Assembly: GCA_965223005.1 (NCBI GenBank)
Contig: CBDCVK010000010.1
Span: forward strand, 320,001-384,000
From: Terriglobia bacterium
Lineage (GTDB): Bacteria; Acidobacteriota; Terriglobia; JAJPHL01; JAPKYU01
DNA: 64,000 nucleotides
Direction of reading: 5' to 3'
Position numbers and translations under genes: made by a program. Of the stretch, positions 9,147 through 18,387 are shown piece by piece; position 1 is the stretch's first letter; each line of letters opens with the position of its first letter. Under the pieces are notes generated by a model. That model saw nothing but the letters and a program-made list of their open reading frames with translations. It was not told the DNA's origin and did not search any database.

Positions 9147-10487
9147 ATGGTCGGACAAACCCTTTCGCACTACCGCATTGAAGAAAAGCTGGGCCAGGGA
9201 GGCATGGGGGTTGTCTATCGGGCAACGGACACGCGGTTAGGCCGCGCGGTTGCCCTGAAGATGCTGCCGCCCGAGTCGTTCACCGAGCGCACGCTGCGCC
9301 GGCGCCTGGCCACCGAGGCGAAAGCCGCCTCGGCGCTGAACCACCCTGTCATCGCCACCGTCCACGACTTCGAAATCGCCGGCGACTCGGTCTTCATCGT
9401 CTACGAGTATGTGGAGGGGAGCAACCTGCGCGAACTGATGCGCAAACGGTCGTTGGGCCTGCCGGAAATCCTATCCATCTTCATCCGCGTTGCCGACGGT
9501 CTGGCCGCAGCGCACAAGGCCGGAATTGTTCACCGGGACTTGAAACCGGAAAACGTGATGGTCACCCCGGACGGCAAGGTGAAGATCCTGGACTTCGGCG
9601 TGGCCAAGGTGCCACTGCAACTAGACGAAGGAATGACCGCCGTGCTGGGCGACAACGACCTCTCCACCCGTTCCACGCTTAGCGGGCGTCTCGTAGGCAC
9701 TGTCAACTACATGTCTCCGGAACAATTGCAGGCCGAGGATGTGGACCACCGCAGCGACATTTTTTCCTTTGGTGTCACGCTGTACGAGATGGCCGCGCAA
9801 CGCCATCCCTTCGTCGGCAAAAGCCCTCCCTCGACGATCGGCAACATCCTGAAAGAGGAGCCGCCCAGCCTGGCTCAGTGGGCTTCCCAGGCGCCTGCGG
9901 AACTGGAGCGCGTCATCGGCAAGTGCCTTCAGAAGCAGCCAGGTGAACGGTACCAGTTCGTGCAGGACCTGCTGGTGGACCTGGAACAGGTCCGGCGCGG
10001 GCTGACCGGCGCCGCGCCTGTCACTCTGCCGCCGGCGCCGGAAGCTGAGTTCGCCATGTCGCGCGGCTGGGCTCGGGCCTTGCTGCTGGTTATCCAATTG
10101 GGCTACGTGGGCATCTACGGCGCCGCCCTGCACTACGCCGATTCGGTTGAACGAACTCTGGAGGGCGTGCTATTGATGCCCGCCTGGCTCACGCTGCCCC
10201 TGGTGATTGTCTCGGCCATGTGCGGGATTGCTGTGCGCTTGTATCTGCTTTCGGCCGTGGGACTGGACCACCGGGCGACCGGGGTCAAGTTCCGCCGGCT
10301 GTTTCCTGCACTGCTGGTGCTGGACGCCCTGTGGGCCACCTCGCCCCTGCTGCTGGTGCCGAAAATCCACTACGGGGTAGCGCTGGCCTGCGTTGCCGGG
10401 TTGGCCTACCTGCCCTTCTCCCAGCGCACCTTAATCCAAAGCGCTTACCGCTGGGCGACGGCACCACTCTCGTCTGCTTCCGGCTAG
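9147..10487 (+). CDS. Hanks-type Ser/Thr protein kinase with C-terminal multi-pass membrane domain
   Basis: LGQGGMGVVY, VALK, HRDLKPEN, DFG, YMSPE; about 4 hydrophobic helices at the C-terminus. Confidence 0.93.
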   Translation: MVGQTLSHYRIEEKLGQGGMGVVYRATDTRLGRAVALKMLPPESFTERTLRRRLATEAKAASALNHPVIATVHDFEIAGDSVFIVYEYVEGSNLRELMRKRSLGLPEILSIFIRVADGLAAAHKAGIVHRDLKPENVMVTPDGKVKILDFGVAKVPLQLDEGMTAVLGDNDLSTRSTLSGRLVGTVNYMSPEQLQAEDVDHRSDIFSFGVTLYEMAAQRHPFVGKSPPSTIGNILKEEPPSLAQWASQAPAELERVIGKCLQKQPGERYQFVQDLLVDLEQVRRGLTGAAPVTLPPAPEAEFAMSRGWARALLLVIQLGYVGIYGAALHYADSVERTLEGVLLMPAWLTLPLVIVSAMCGIAVRLYLLSAVGLDHRATGVKFRRLFPALLVLDALWATSPLLLVPKIHYGVALACVAGLAYLPFSQRTLIQSAYRWATAPLSSASG

Positions 10488-10606
10488 AGCCAGCCCTGCT
10501 ATCGGTTCGGAGAGATCCTAACGGGATGGTCACTCGCCTACAAAATCAGCGATAATGCGCTTGGAAAGGGAGGGGAACATTCCTAACTACCTCAAGACGG
10601 GCCGAC

Positions 10607-11800
10607 GTGAGTGAGGATGTCCGGATGACACAAGAGCTATTTGAGCGGGTCGAGCAGATTCTGCGATCAGATGGCGCGGAGGCTGGTTTTGACTTACTGG
10701 CGGAAGAATTCCTCCGCGAGAAGAAATACCCCCTCCTGTTTGAAGCGCGGCTCATGAAAAAACGTTGCGAGCTCGGCCTGCCGCTGATTGAGGTGGAAGC
10801 GCCCCAGATGCCGGAACAGAAGGCACGCGAATACGAGGCGGCCCTGGTCCAGGCGGCCCGCGAGGCGGGCCATCTTTTCCTGACCGCCGGCGACATCGAA
10901 AGCGCGTGGCCCTATTTTCGTGCGATCGGGGAGCCAGGGCCGGTGGCCGCGGCCATCGAGAGGCTTTCGCCCGGCGAGGGGCTTGACCGGATCATCGAGA
11001 TTGCTTTCTTTGAACAAGTTCATCCTCGGAAGGGTTTCGAGCTGATCCTGGCGAATTACGGGACTTGCAGAGCGATCACAACGTTGGCGCAGTATCCAGG
11101 CCGCAAGGGCAGGCAGGATTGTACCCGCATGCTAGTCCGGAGCCTGCATGCCGATCTACTTAAGAACCTGAAACAGGTTATTGCCGGGCAGGAGGGCCAA
11201 AGTCCGGACAAGAACAGCGTGACCGAGCTGACTACAGGACGCGACTGGCTGTTTGGAGAATTCGGCTGTCATATCGACTCGACGCACCTTGCCTCCATCC
11301 TCCCGTCGAGCCTTGAGCTGGACGACCGGGAAACCCTTTTGCTCGCACTGGAGTTGGCAGAATACGGAAACCGCCTGGCGACGACGTTCCACTACCGTAG
11401 CGAACCGCCATTCGAAAATCTGTATCAGGACCACGCCGTCTACCTGCGGGCTCTCCTAGGCGACGACGTGGATTCGGCAATCACACATTTCCAAGAGAAG
11501 GCTGCGAAGGCGAATCCCCAAGAAGACAGCCGCCCTGCCCAGGCTTTGGTTGGGCTTCTGGCCCGCCTTGGGCGCTATGCTGATGCAATCGAAGATTCGC
11601 TCACACATCTTCGCGATCACGATCCTTCCCAACTCGCCTGCCCCACGGTTCTCCAATTGTGCCAGATGGCCGGGGATCACCGGCGCCTCATGGAAATAGC
11701 GCGGGAGAAGGGCGACTTGTTGAGTTTCGCTGCTGCCGTGTTGCAGGCGGATTTGGGACCGCTACGGTCCGCGGAAGCTGGCGAAACCACTCGCAAATAG
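10607..11800 (+). CDS. Conserved hypothetical alpha-helical (TPR-like) protein
   Basis: 397-aa ORF with protein-like composition; no catalytic motif recognised. Confidence 0.6.
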   Translation: MSEDVRMTQELFERVEQILRSDGAEAGFDLLAEEFLREKKYPLLFEARLMKKRCELGLPLIEVEAPQMPEQKAREYEAALVQAAREAGHLFLTAGDIESAWPYFRAIGEPGPVAAAIERLSPGEGLDRIIEIAFFEQVHPRKGFELILANYGTCRAITTLAQYPGRKGRQDCTRMLVRSLHADLLKNLKQVIAGQEGQSPDKNSVTELTTGRDWLFGEFGCHIDSTHLASILPSSLELDDRETLLLALELAEYGNRLATTFHYRSEPPFENLYQDHAVYLRALLGDDVDSAITHFQEKAAKANPQEDSRPAQALVGLLARLGRYADAIEDSLTHLRDHDPSQLACPTVLQLCQMAGDHRRLMEIAREKGDLLSFAAAVLQADLGPLRSAEAGETTRK

Positions 11801-11828
11801 GAGGTCGCAGATCGGAGGCGGAATCCCC

Positions 11829-12728
11829 ATGAGCGGCACACACGAATCCAGAATTCTGGTGATTGACGACGACGAAGCGACGTTGATCGTTGTCCGCAAG
11901 CTGCTGGAAGCGACCGGTGTCTTCGTGGACGTTTCGCTGTCGGCGAACGACGCGCTGGTCCGTCTTTCCGAATCCCGCTACGACGTCATCCTCTGCGACA
12001 TGTGGATGCCGGGGATGAGCGGCAAGGACTTCTACGACCGGCTGAGAAAAGAATTTCCGGACTACCAGAACCGCACTGTGATTCTGACCGGGGATTTGGC
12101 TTCGGAAGCCAGCTGGGAGTTCATCGAGGGGAACGGCCTGCCCTACGTTCTGAAGCCCATCAGCCCTAACGAGTTGCGCCGAAGACTTGAAGAGGTGATC
12201 GGGCCGGAGGTCGGTGCGGCGGAGCAGGAGGGGCCAGAGAAACGGCGGCATGAGCGGGTTAGAACGAAGGAGCAGGCTCGGGTACGCATGGGGTCAGAAT
12301 CTGCGGATTTGGAGATCGCCGAGGTCGACAATGCCAGCAAAGAGGGCGTCTACTTCGTGACCACCCAGCAGTACCGGGTCGGAACCGAAGTGGTGGTTTC
12401 CTTTCCGTATCCGGAGGCCGGCGACGTGTGGCAGGGAGGGTACGTGGTTCGGGTCAGTGAGCGAGGGGAGGGGCGGCGAGGCGTGGCCATCGCATTGGGC
12501 GGGGCGGCGTCGGCCATCCGCGGTGTGTTAGGGGCCTACGGGGGAGAGGCGACGGCCGATGAAGCCGACGTGAAGTTGCAACTTGCCCGCGCGCGGGACG
12601 AGGTGCGCCATCTGATGCAGGAGCTCGCCGCCCTGAAGACTAGCTATGAGCGTGTTGTCGCCCAACGTGAGCAGCTAGCCGCCGAAAAGAGCCACCTGGA
12701 GCTCCGGTTGCGCGAACTAACGAAGTAA
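11829..12728 (+). CDS. Response regulator: REC + PilZ + coiled coil
   Basis: ILVIDDD, CDMWMP, TG and KP receiver motifs; RRHER and DNASKEG PilZ motifs; C-terminal heptads. Confidence 0.85.
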   Translation: MSGTHESRILVIDDDEATLIVVRKLLEATGVFVDVSLSANDALVRLSESRYDVILCDMWMPGMSGKDFYDRLRKEFPDYQNRTVILTGDLASEASWEFIEGNGLPYVLKPISPNELRRRLEEVIGPEVGAAEQEGPEKRRHERVRTKEQARVRMGSESADLEIAEVDNASKEGVYFVTTQQYRVGTEVVVSFPYPEAGDVWQGGYVVRVSERGEGRRGVAIALGGAASAIRGVLGAYGGEATADEADVKLQLARARDEVRHLMQELAALKTSYERVVAQREQLAAEKSHLELRLRELTK

Positions 12729-12916
12729 CTGCGACTCTGTCTGCTGGCGGATTTTGAGACGGACTTCGAGCGTCCTTCTCACTCGCTCTCCTCGCTCACC
12801 CTTCCTAGACACCGACTTCAGCAATCGAGGGCTCGCTAAGGATCAGATCGAGATCGCGAACCAACCACGCGAAAGGATCCTTAGAGAGCAAAGACGAGAG
12901 CAGGGCGGGAGAAAAC

Positions 12917-13720
12917 ATGAATTCAGCGAACGATAAAGGTCTAAAGGGTAAAACAGCTATCGTGACCGGAGGCGCTCAAGGCATTGGCCGAGGGATCTGC
13001 CTCACCTTGGCCGGCGAAGGAGTCAACACCGTCGTCGCCGACCTCAACGTCGAATCCGGCCAGCAGGTCGCGCGAGAGATCGAGCAACGGGGCGGACACG
13101 CTCGGTTCGCGCGCTGCGACGTGACCGTGGCGGCGGATACAAAACAAATAGCTGCCGTGGCGCAGCAAAGCTTCGGCGCGATCGATATCCTCGTCAACGT
13201 TGCAGGTATCGCACTCGTCAAACCCTTCCGGGAGCTTACCGAGGCTGAATGGGATCGCATCGTGGCCGTCAGTCTCAAAGGCACCTATCTTTGCTGCGCC
13301 AGTGTACTGACGGACATGGTGGAACGCTGCAGCGGGAAGATCATCAACATATCCTCGATCGCGGCTCTCTACCCCACGGCTCAACAGGCTCCCTATTGTG
13401 CCGCCAAGGCAGGTGTCATCGCCTTGACCCGCTCGCTGGCCTACGAATTCGGCGCCTACAACATCAATGTCAATGCCATTTGCCCCGGCATCGTGCGGAC
13501 CCCCATTTGGGAGAAGGTTCTTGACGACCTCTCGGCTAGAAGCGGCCAGGATAAGGAAAAGATCTTTCAGACATATGTAGAGCCGATCCCCCTCCAGCGA
13601 GCCCAAACACCGGAGGACATCGGCAGCCTGGTGGTGTTTCTAAGTTCAGAGCGCGCCAACAACATCACCGCGGCCACCATCAGCGTGACCGGCGGAATGG
13701 ACTCGGTTTTCTTCAAATAG
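12917..13720 (+). CDS. Short-chain dehydrogenase/reductase
   Basis: TGGAQGIG, NISS, YCAAK, NAICPG. Confidence 0.93.
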   Translation: MNSANDKGLKGKTAIVTGGAQGIGRGICLTLAGEGVNTVVADLNVESGQQVAREIEQRGGHARFARCDVTVAADTKQIAAVAQQSFGAIDILVNVAGIALVKPFRELTEAEWDRIVAVSLKGTYLCCASVLTDMVERCSGKIINISSIAALYPTAQQAPYCAAKAGVIALTRSLAYEFGAYNINVNAICPGIVRTPIWEKVLDDLSARSGQDKEKIFQTYVEPIPLQRAQTPEDIGSLVVFLSSERANNITAATISVTGGMDSVFFK

Positions 13721-13863
13721 CAGGAGACTTAGCCATCGCCCTGCCGCCCCTTTATGGCGCCATAGCAACACTTCAACGTGGAAAATCGGATATAACTTCC
13801 TCCTTGCAGCATCGATAGCTTGACAAGGATCCATGAAGCCGGAATGGCTTCTGCCGGACGCGA

Positions 13864-14247
13864 CTAGCCAAACTTTTCGACCTTGATAGGATCGCCGTTT
13901 TTCACTTTGTTCAATTGTGTAACGGGCGCGAGTGTCTTGCCCCAGATGTTCGTCCGCGCAGCGAGGCGGATTTCCTTGCCGCGAGAAACCGGTGTGGGGC
14001 CAAAGCCGATGGCGATGGAGTCGCCCTCAACCCAGAAGGCCAACTCGCCCGCCTCGACCACGTCCTTGGCATCCGGCTCCTTACTCACTTGAACCGGTGC
14101 GGAGAAGTAGACCTCATCTCCCCAGGTGGAAGCAGTGGAAGTGAAAGGCAACTTTGCGTAGATGGCGTCGGCGGTTGGGGTGTCAAACAACTCGGCCTCC
14201 AGTTTCATCGGCCCCATGGTCATTGTAAGTTTCCGTGTTCCAGCCAT
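13864..14247 (-). CDS. Cyclophilin-like fold protein (DUF369/TM1367-like)
   Basis: TPTADAIYAKLP, WGDEVYF, GELAFW, IGFGPTP. Confidence 0.8.
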   Translation of the reverse strand: MAGTRKLTMTMGPMKLEAELFDTPTADAIYAKLPFTSTASTWGDEVYFSAPVQVSKEPDAKDVVEAGELAFWVEGDSIAIGFGPTPVSRGKEIRLAARTNIWGKTLAPVTQLNKVKNGDPIKVEKFG

Positions 14248-14446
14248 ATTGGAATCATAAGTCGGGCAGCATCAGGCACGCAAACGCGGAAAGAATCTTC
14301 CGGTCCGCTCCATGTGCGGCAGGCGGAAGAAGACCGGCGCGCATGGCCGGGTCATCATGTTGACTTACCTGTGGGCGAGACCTAAGATTTCCCAAGTGCG
14401 GCGGTTCCTTCCCCATGATCGGGCCTCATGATCAGCCAGGGCAAGG

Positions 14447-16021
14447 ATGTTCCCGATGAGACTCGGTCGCAGCTCGGCTCGACTCCTGTTCGGCAGTTTG
14501 GTCTACCTCCTTTTGGTTTCCTCAGCCGGTGCACAGCCCAATGTCCGGGCAGTTCTCGACGGGGCGTCGTTTGGACCTCTCGTCTCGCCAGGGTCGCTGG
14601 TTTCGATCTTTGGAACCGAGCTCGCCCAATCGACTGACGCTGCTTCGGAGGTGCCCCTCCCGACAGAGCTGGACGGAGTCACTGTTACTGTCAACGGTTT
14701 GGAGGCGCCGCTTTACTTTGTCTCTCCGGATCAGATCAACGCACAGATCCCATTCGGCATTAGCGAGGAGAAAGTGGATCTGGTCGTCGTCACCCGGCAA
14801 GGGCAGAGTCGGGCGTACTCGGTCGCCTTATTGCCCACCTCTCCGGGAATCTTTACCAGAAGCGGCGATGGCAAAGGGACTCCCGTGCTCTTGGACCCCT
14901 CCTTTACGCTTCTCGAGACGGTTGCTCCCGGGCAGCGCGTGATCCTCTACGCCAGCGGCCTGGGAGAGACGGATCCTCAGGCGGCCACCGGGATGGGCGG
15001 CGCCGGCGGGGAACCCCTCAACCGAGTCGCCGATCTCCCGGAGGTCTATATCGGGGGAAAGCAAGCCCAGGTGGAGTTTGCCGGACTGGCGCCAGGCTTC
15101 GTGGGTGTTTACCAGTTGAACGTCGTGGCTCCCGAGGAATTCACCAGTGGCCGGGTTTTTCTGATTTCCCGCGGCAGGCGAAGCAACTCCACAGAGATAA
15201 CGGCCACGCTGCCGGACCCGGTCCACGGTTCCGGGATCGTCGTCTCCGAGGTCCGGCCAGTCGGAGCGTTTCGGCGGATCCAGCTGTTCGCGATCGCCAG
15301 CGTAGAGGTCATGGTCGGACAGGAGGCCTCGCCACTGCGGATTGAGGCGGAGGACAACCTGATTGGACTCATCTCCACGCAAGTCCGAGACGGCGCTCTC
15401 CAAATCACCTCGTCAGGTCCTTACACCACCCAGACGGCCGTTCAGGTGTCGCTCAGCGTCCCTGCTTTGGACCGGGTGGAACTGCTTGGGGTGGGAGGCT
15501 TCACTGTGGTCGGGCTTTCCGGGGGGAGCTTCGAAGCCTTCATCAGCGGTGTTGGCGACGTGCTGGCATCTGGTTCGGTCGACTCGGTGGATGTCCTGTT
15601 GCAAGGGGTGGGAAACGTCTCCTTGTCCAACCTTGCAGCCAAGCACGTCCGTGCGTGGCTCCCTGGAGTTGGCAATGTGGAGGTAAATGCAAGCGAGTCC
15701 CTATTTGCTCGGCTGCATGGGATCGGCGACATCCTCTACATCGGCAACCCGGCCCAAGTGGACGCCGAAGTCAAAGGTGTCGGCGAAATCAGGCCAGGAA
15801 TGGGCAACGGCATTATCGGCCGCACTATTTCCCACTCCCGGGTCATGGAGAAGCTCGGCGCGGGCGCCATGGGTGTCCTCCACAAAGCCAGGGGGACACC
15901 CGGCTTACCCGCAGCAGTGGCGGCAGAACGGCCGGCTTGCAACCTTGCCCGACTGAAGCGCCCCGCCGGAAGCATCGCCGGCTTCCGGCGAGGCTTTCGC
16001 CGGGGCGAGATGGCTGTATGA
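14447..16021 (+). CDS. Secreted protein: TIGR03437-type (Solibacter) domain + DUF2807/GIN beta-helix, reading through into a kinase-gene remnant
   Basis: Signal peptide; PGSLVSIFGTEL, PLYFVSPDQINAQIP, FAGLAPGFVGVYQLN; IEAEDNL and repeated GVG motifs. Confidence 0.8.
   Translation: MFPMRLGRSSARLLFGSLVYLLLVSSAGAQPNVRAVLDGASFGPLVSPGSLVSIFGTELAQSTDAASEVPLPTELDGVTVTVNGLEAPLYFVSPDQINAQIPFGISEEKVDLVVVTRQGQSRAYSVALLPTSPGIFTRSGDGKGTPVLLDPSFTLLETVAPGQRVILYASGLGETDPQAATGMGGAGGEPLNRVADLPEVYIGGKQAQVEFAGLAPGFVGVYQLNVVAPEEFTSGRVFLISRGRRSNSTEITATLPDPVHGSGIVVSEVRPVGAFRRIQLFAIASVEVMVGQEASPLRIEAEDNLIGLISTQVRDGALQITSSGPYTTQTAVQVSLSVPALDRVELLGVGGFTVVGLSGGSFEAFISGVGDVLASGSVDSVDVLLQGVGNVSLSNLAAKHVRAWLPGVGNVEVNASESLFARLHGIGDILYIGNPAQVDAEVKGVGEIRPGMGNGIIGRTISHSRVMEKLGAGAMGVLHKARGTPGLPAAVAAERPACNLARLKRPAGSIAGFRRGFRRGEMAV
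15812..15925 (+). pseudogene. Remnant of a Ser/Thr kinase 5' end
   Basis: IIGRTISHSRVMEKLGAGAMGVLHKA, then DTRLTR in a shifted frame; compare MVGQTLSHYRIEEKLGQGGMGVVYRATDTRLGR at 9147. Confidence 0.75.
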
Positions 16022-16176
16022 GCCCATATTTCATGTAACTTATTGAATATAAGCCGACTATATATTAGTTCATAACGCTAAGATTATATTCCAATAAAGA
16101 TGAAACCATGTGGCATGCTCCTCCATCTAACTGAATGAGACCAGCAATGAGCTGGACGACTAGGAGGTTAGTCACA

Positions 16177-16641
16177 ATGGCGTATCTAGTACGATGGGAA
16201 CCCTTTAAACTGGTGCGCGATCTCAGCAGGGACTTGGATCGCGCCTTTGTCAACCCCTTCGGCAGCAACTTCTTCGGCGAACGCGGCCGGCCGAGCATCG
16301 GCAACGGCTATGACTTTAGCCCGGCTGTAAACACCTACGAAACCGACAAAGAGTATGTCGTTGAAGCTCAGGTGCCGGGGTTCACTGCTGAGACCCTCCA
16401 GATCCTGCACAACGACCACGGGCTCACGCTGAAGGGTGAGCGGAAGCAGGAGACCGAGGACAAAAAGGCCAACTACCACCGGCGCGAAGCGAGCTATTCT
16501 TCCTTCGTGCGTACGCTGGACCTTCCCGAGTTGGTGAATCCGGCGAAGAGTAAGGCTGAACTGAAGGATGGGGTGCTAAAGGTGCGGTTCGAGAAGGTCG
16601 AGGGCAAGTCCCAGACGAAGCAGATCAGCATCAAATCCTAA
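16177..16641 (+). CDS. Hsp20/alpha-crystallin small heat shock protein
   Basis: PAVNTYET, LTLKGER, YHRREASYSSFVRTLDLP, AELKDGVLKV; AGGAGG SD. Confidence 0.93.
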   Translation: MAYLVRWEPFKLVRDLSRDLDRAFVNPFGSNFFGERGRPSIGNGYDFSPAVNTYETDKEYVVEAQVPGFTAETLQILHNDHGLTLKGERKQETEDKKANYHRREASYSSFVRTLDLPELVNPAKSKAELKDGVLKVRFEKVEGKSQTKQISIKS

Positions 16642-16690
16642 GGACTTGCTGGGCTCCGCAACCGCGGGCCCCGTCTGATTGCTCTGGTTA

Positions 16691-16722
16691 CCCGGCGGGT
16701 TGGCGACACCTGATCCGCCGGG
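16691..16722. terminator. Hairpin between convergent hsp20 and diguanylate cyclase genes
   Basis: cccggcgg...ccgccggg inverted repeat. Confidence 0.5.
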
Positions 16723-16754
16723 CGGTGCAGAAGCTGAACGTGGACGCCGCCGAA

Positions 16755-18332
16755 TTACCCGTCGGCGGAGCTTATCTCGACGCGGTTGCGCCCTGCACGC
16801 TTGGCTCGATAGAGGGCCGAATCTGCGGCACGCAGGATTGCCTCCACTTCCTCTTCCTGTTTTTGGCCACCGAAGGTAACCCCCATGCTGAGCGTGACGG
16901 GAATGACGCCGTCGTCCGTGGACACAGGTTCAGTACCGACAAGTGTCCGGATGCGTTCGGCCTGGTCCACGGTTACCTCGTTGGATCCCGACAGGACGAT
17001 CAAGAACTCTTCGCCGCCATACCGGCCCACCGCGTCGTAAGTGCGCACAGCCCCATTGATTCTTTGGGCAGATTCGCGCAGCACAGCGTCGCCCGCCAAG
17101 TGCCCGTAGGTGTCGTTGATGTTCTTGAAGTGATCCAGGTCGGCCATGATAACGCCGACGGAGGTCCCTTCGCGCTGGGCGCGAACCAGTTCCCGTTTCA
17201 AGATGTCCAGGATTGCCCCGCGGTTCCACAGGCCGGTCAAAGCGTCGTGAGTGGCCTGAAAGCGGTACTCGTCGGTTTTCGCAAGGTCCTCCTGCACCGC
17301 TTCCATCTGTGAGGTCAGGTCATCGACCAGATGGGTCATGGAGCCCTTGGCCGCGTCCATTTCTCGTAATTGTTCATTGAGTTTGGTTTCCTCTGAGATC
17401 AAGTGGTCGCGTTGGTCGACCACTTGATCGTGGGTAGTCTTCAGCTCGTCCAGTTCCTCGGCGAGTCGGCGCGCTTCACTCCGGTCGTCGGCGACTTTTG
17501 CAGCTGCTACTTGCTCGGCCGGAGTGCCGGAGGGCAGCGTCTGCCTGGACAGGTCCGCCATGCTCAGGATGTGATGGCGCCTGGCGTCTTCTTCCGAACC
17601 AGCGAAGTTCGCACGCGCGGCCGCCGCCGCTTCACCCAGAGCGACGGCGACGCTCCGCCGGCCTTCGGGCTGCTCTTCCACCCGGACGACGTACCCTTCC
17701 TGCTCGATGTCGTTGTAACCCACATAAGGGAAGGCCACCAGCACCTCCGTGCCGACGCGGTACTCCTGGTCGGTCGCAAAAAAGATGCCCTCCTTGCTGG
17801 CATTCACCACGGCCCTGATGTCGGGGCCGCCGACCGCCCATTTCTTTCGGCGCACCCGGGCGTTCGCCTTCATCTTGATTCGGCGATGGCGCCGCCTATT
17901 GACACCGGGCGCGACCGTCGTCACGGGCTTCTTCGGTTGAGGAACGACGGGCCGTTCTCCTAGCACCTGCTGCAGTTTCCGGCGCAGCTCGGGACGGCTA
18001 AAGGGCTTGATCACGTAAGGGAGGTGCCGATCGTCAATGAAATCCCAGGTGGCTTCCGAGGCGATATCGCCGGTCACAAAAATGACTCGTCGCTGGTACT
18101 CGGGGAAGTCGTTCTTCACCTGCTCGTAGAATTCCTTGCCGTTCATCTCGGCCATCCACATATCGCAGAGGATGGCGTCGTAACGGTTTTCCGGCAGCTT
18201 GGCCAGTGCCTCGCGCGGTGAGGTCAATACCTCGACCGAACAGTCCTCCGCTTCCAGGAGCTTGCGCATGATCACCAGCGCCATCTCGTCGTCGTCAATC
18301 GCCAGAATCTTAGCTGGTTCTTGGGCGCTCAT
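16755..18332 (-). CDS. Diguanylate cyclase: REC + PilZ + coiled coil + GGDEF
   Basis: REC (DDDE, CDMWM, KP); PilZ (RRRHRR, NASKEG); DALTGLWNR, DLDHFKNINDTYGH, RTYD I-site, GGEEF. Confidence 0.92.
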   Translation of the reverse strand: MSAQEPAKILAIDDDEMALVIMRKLLEAEDCSVEVLTSPREALAKLPENRYDAILCDMWMAEMNGKEFYEQVKNDFPEYQRRVIFVTGDIASEATWDFIDDRHLPYVIKPFSRPELRRKLQQVLGERPVVPQPKKPVTTVAPGVNRRRHRRIKMKANARVRRKKWAVGGPDIRAVVNASKEGIFFATDQEYRVGTEVLVAFPYVGYNDIEQEGYVVRVEEQPEGRRSVAVALGEAAAAARANFAGSEEDARRHHILSMADLSRQTLPSGTPAEQVAAAKVADDRSEARRLAEELDELKTTHDQVVDQRDHLISEETKLNEQLREMDAAKGSMTHLVDDLTSQMEAVQEDLAKTDEYRFQATHDALTGLWNRGAILDILKRELVRAQREGTSVGVIMADLDHFKNINDTYGHLAGDAVLRESAQRINGAVRTYDAVGRYGGEEFLIVLSGSNEVTVDQAERIRTLVGTEPVSTDDGVIPVTLSMGVTFGGQKQEEEVEAILRAADSALYRAKRAGRNRVEISSADG

Positions 18333-18387
18333 CTTTTTTGGCACGGCGGGGGCAACCGCCTACTTTCCCTAGCCGAGCAACGCCGCC

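Noticed and set aside
12901-12916. cagggcgggagaaa resembling the start of an FMN riboswitch
   Set aside because: The rest of the FMN aptamer is absent, and the motif runs straight into the start codon, so it is probably just the RBS.
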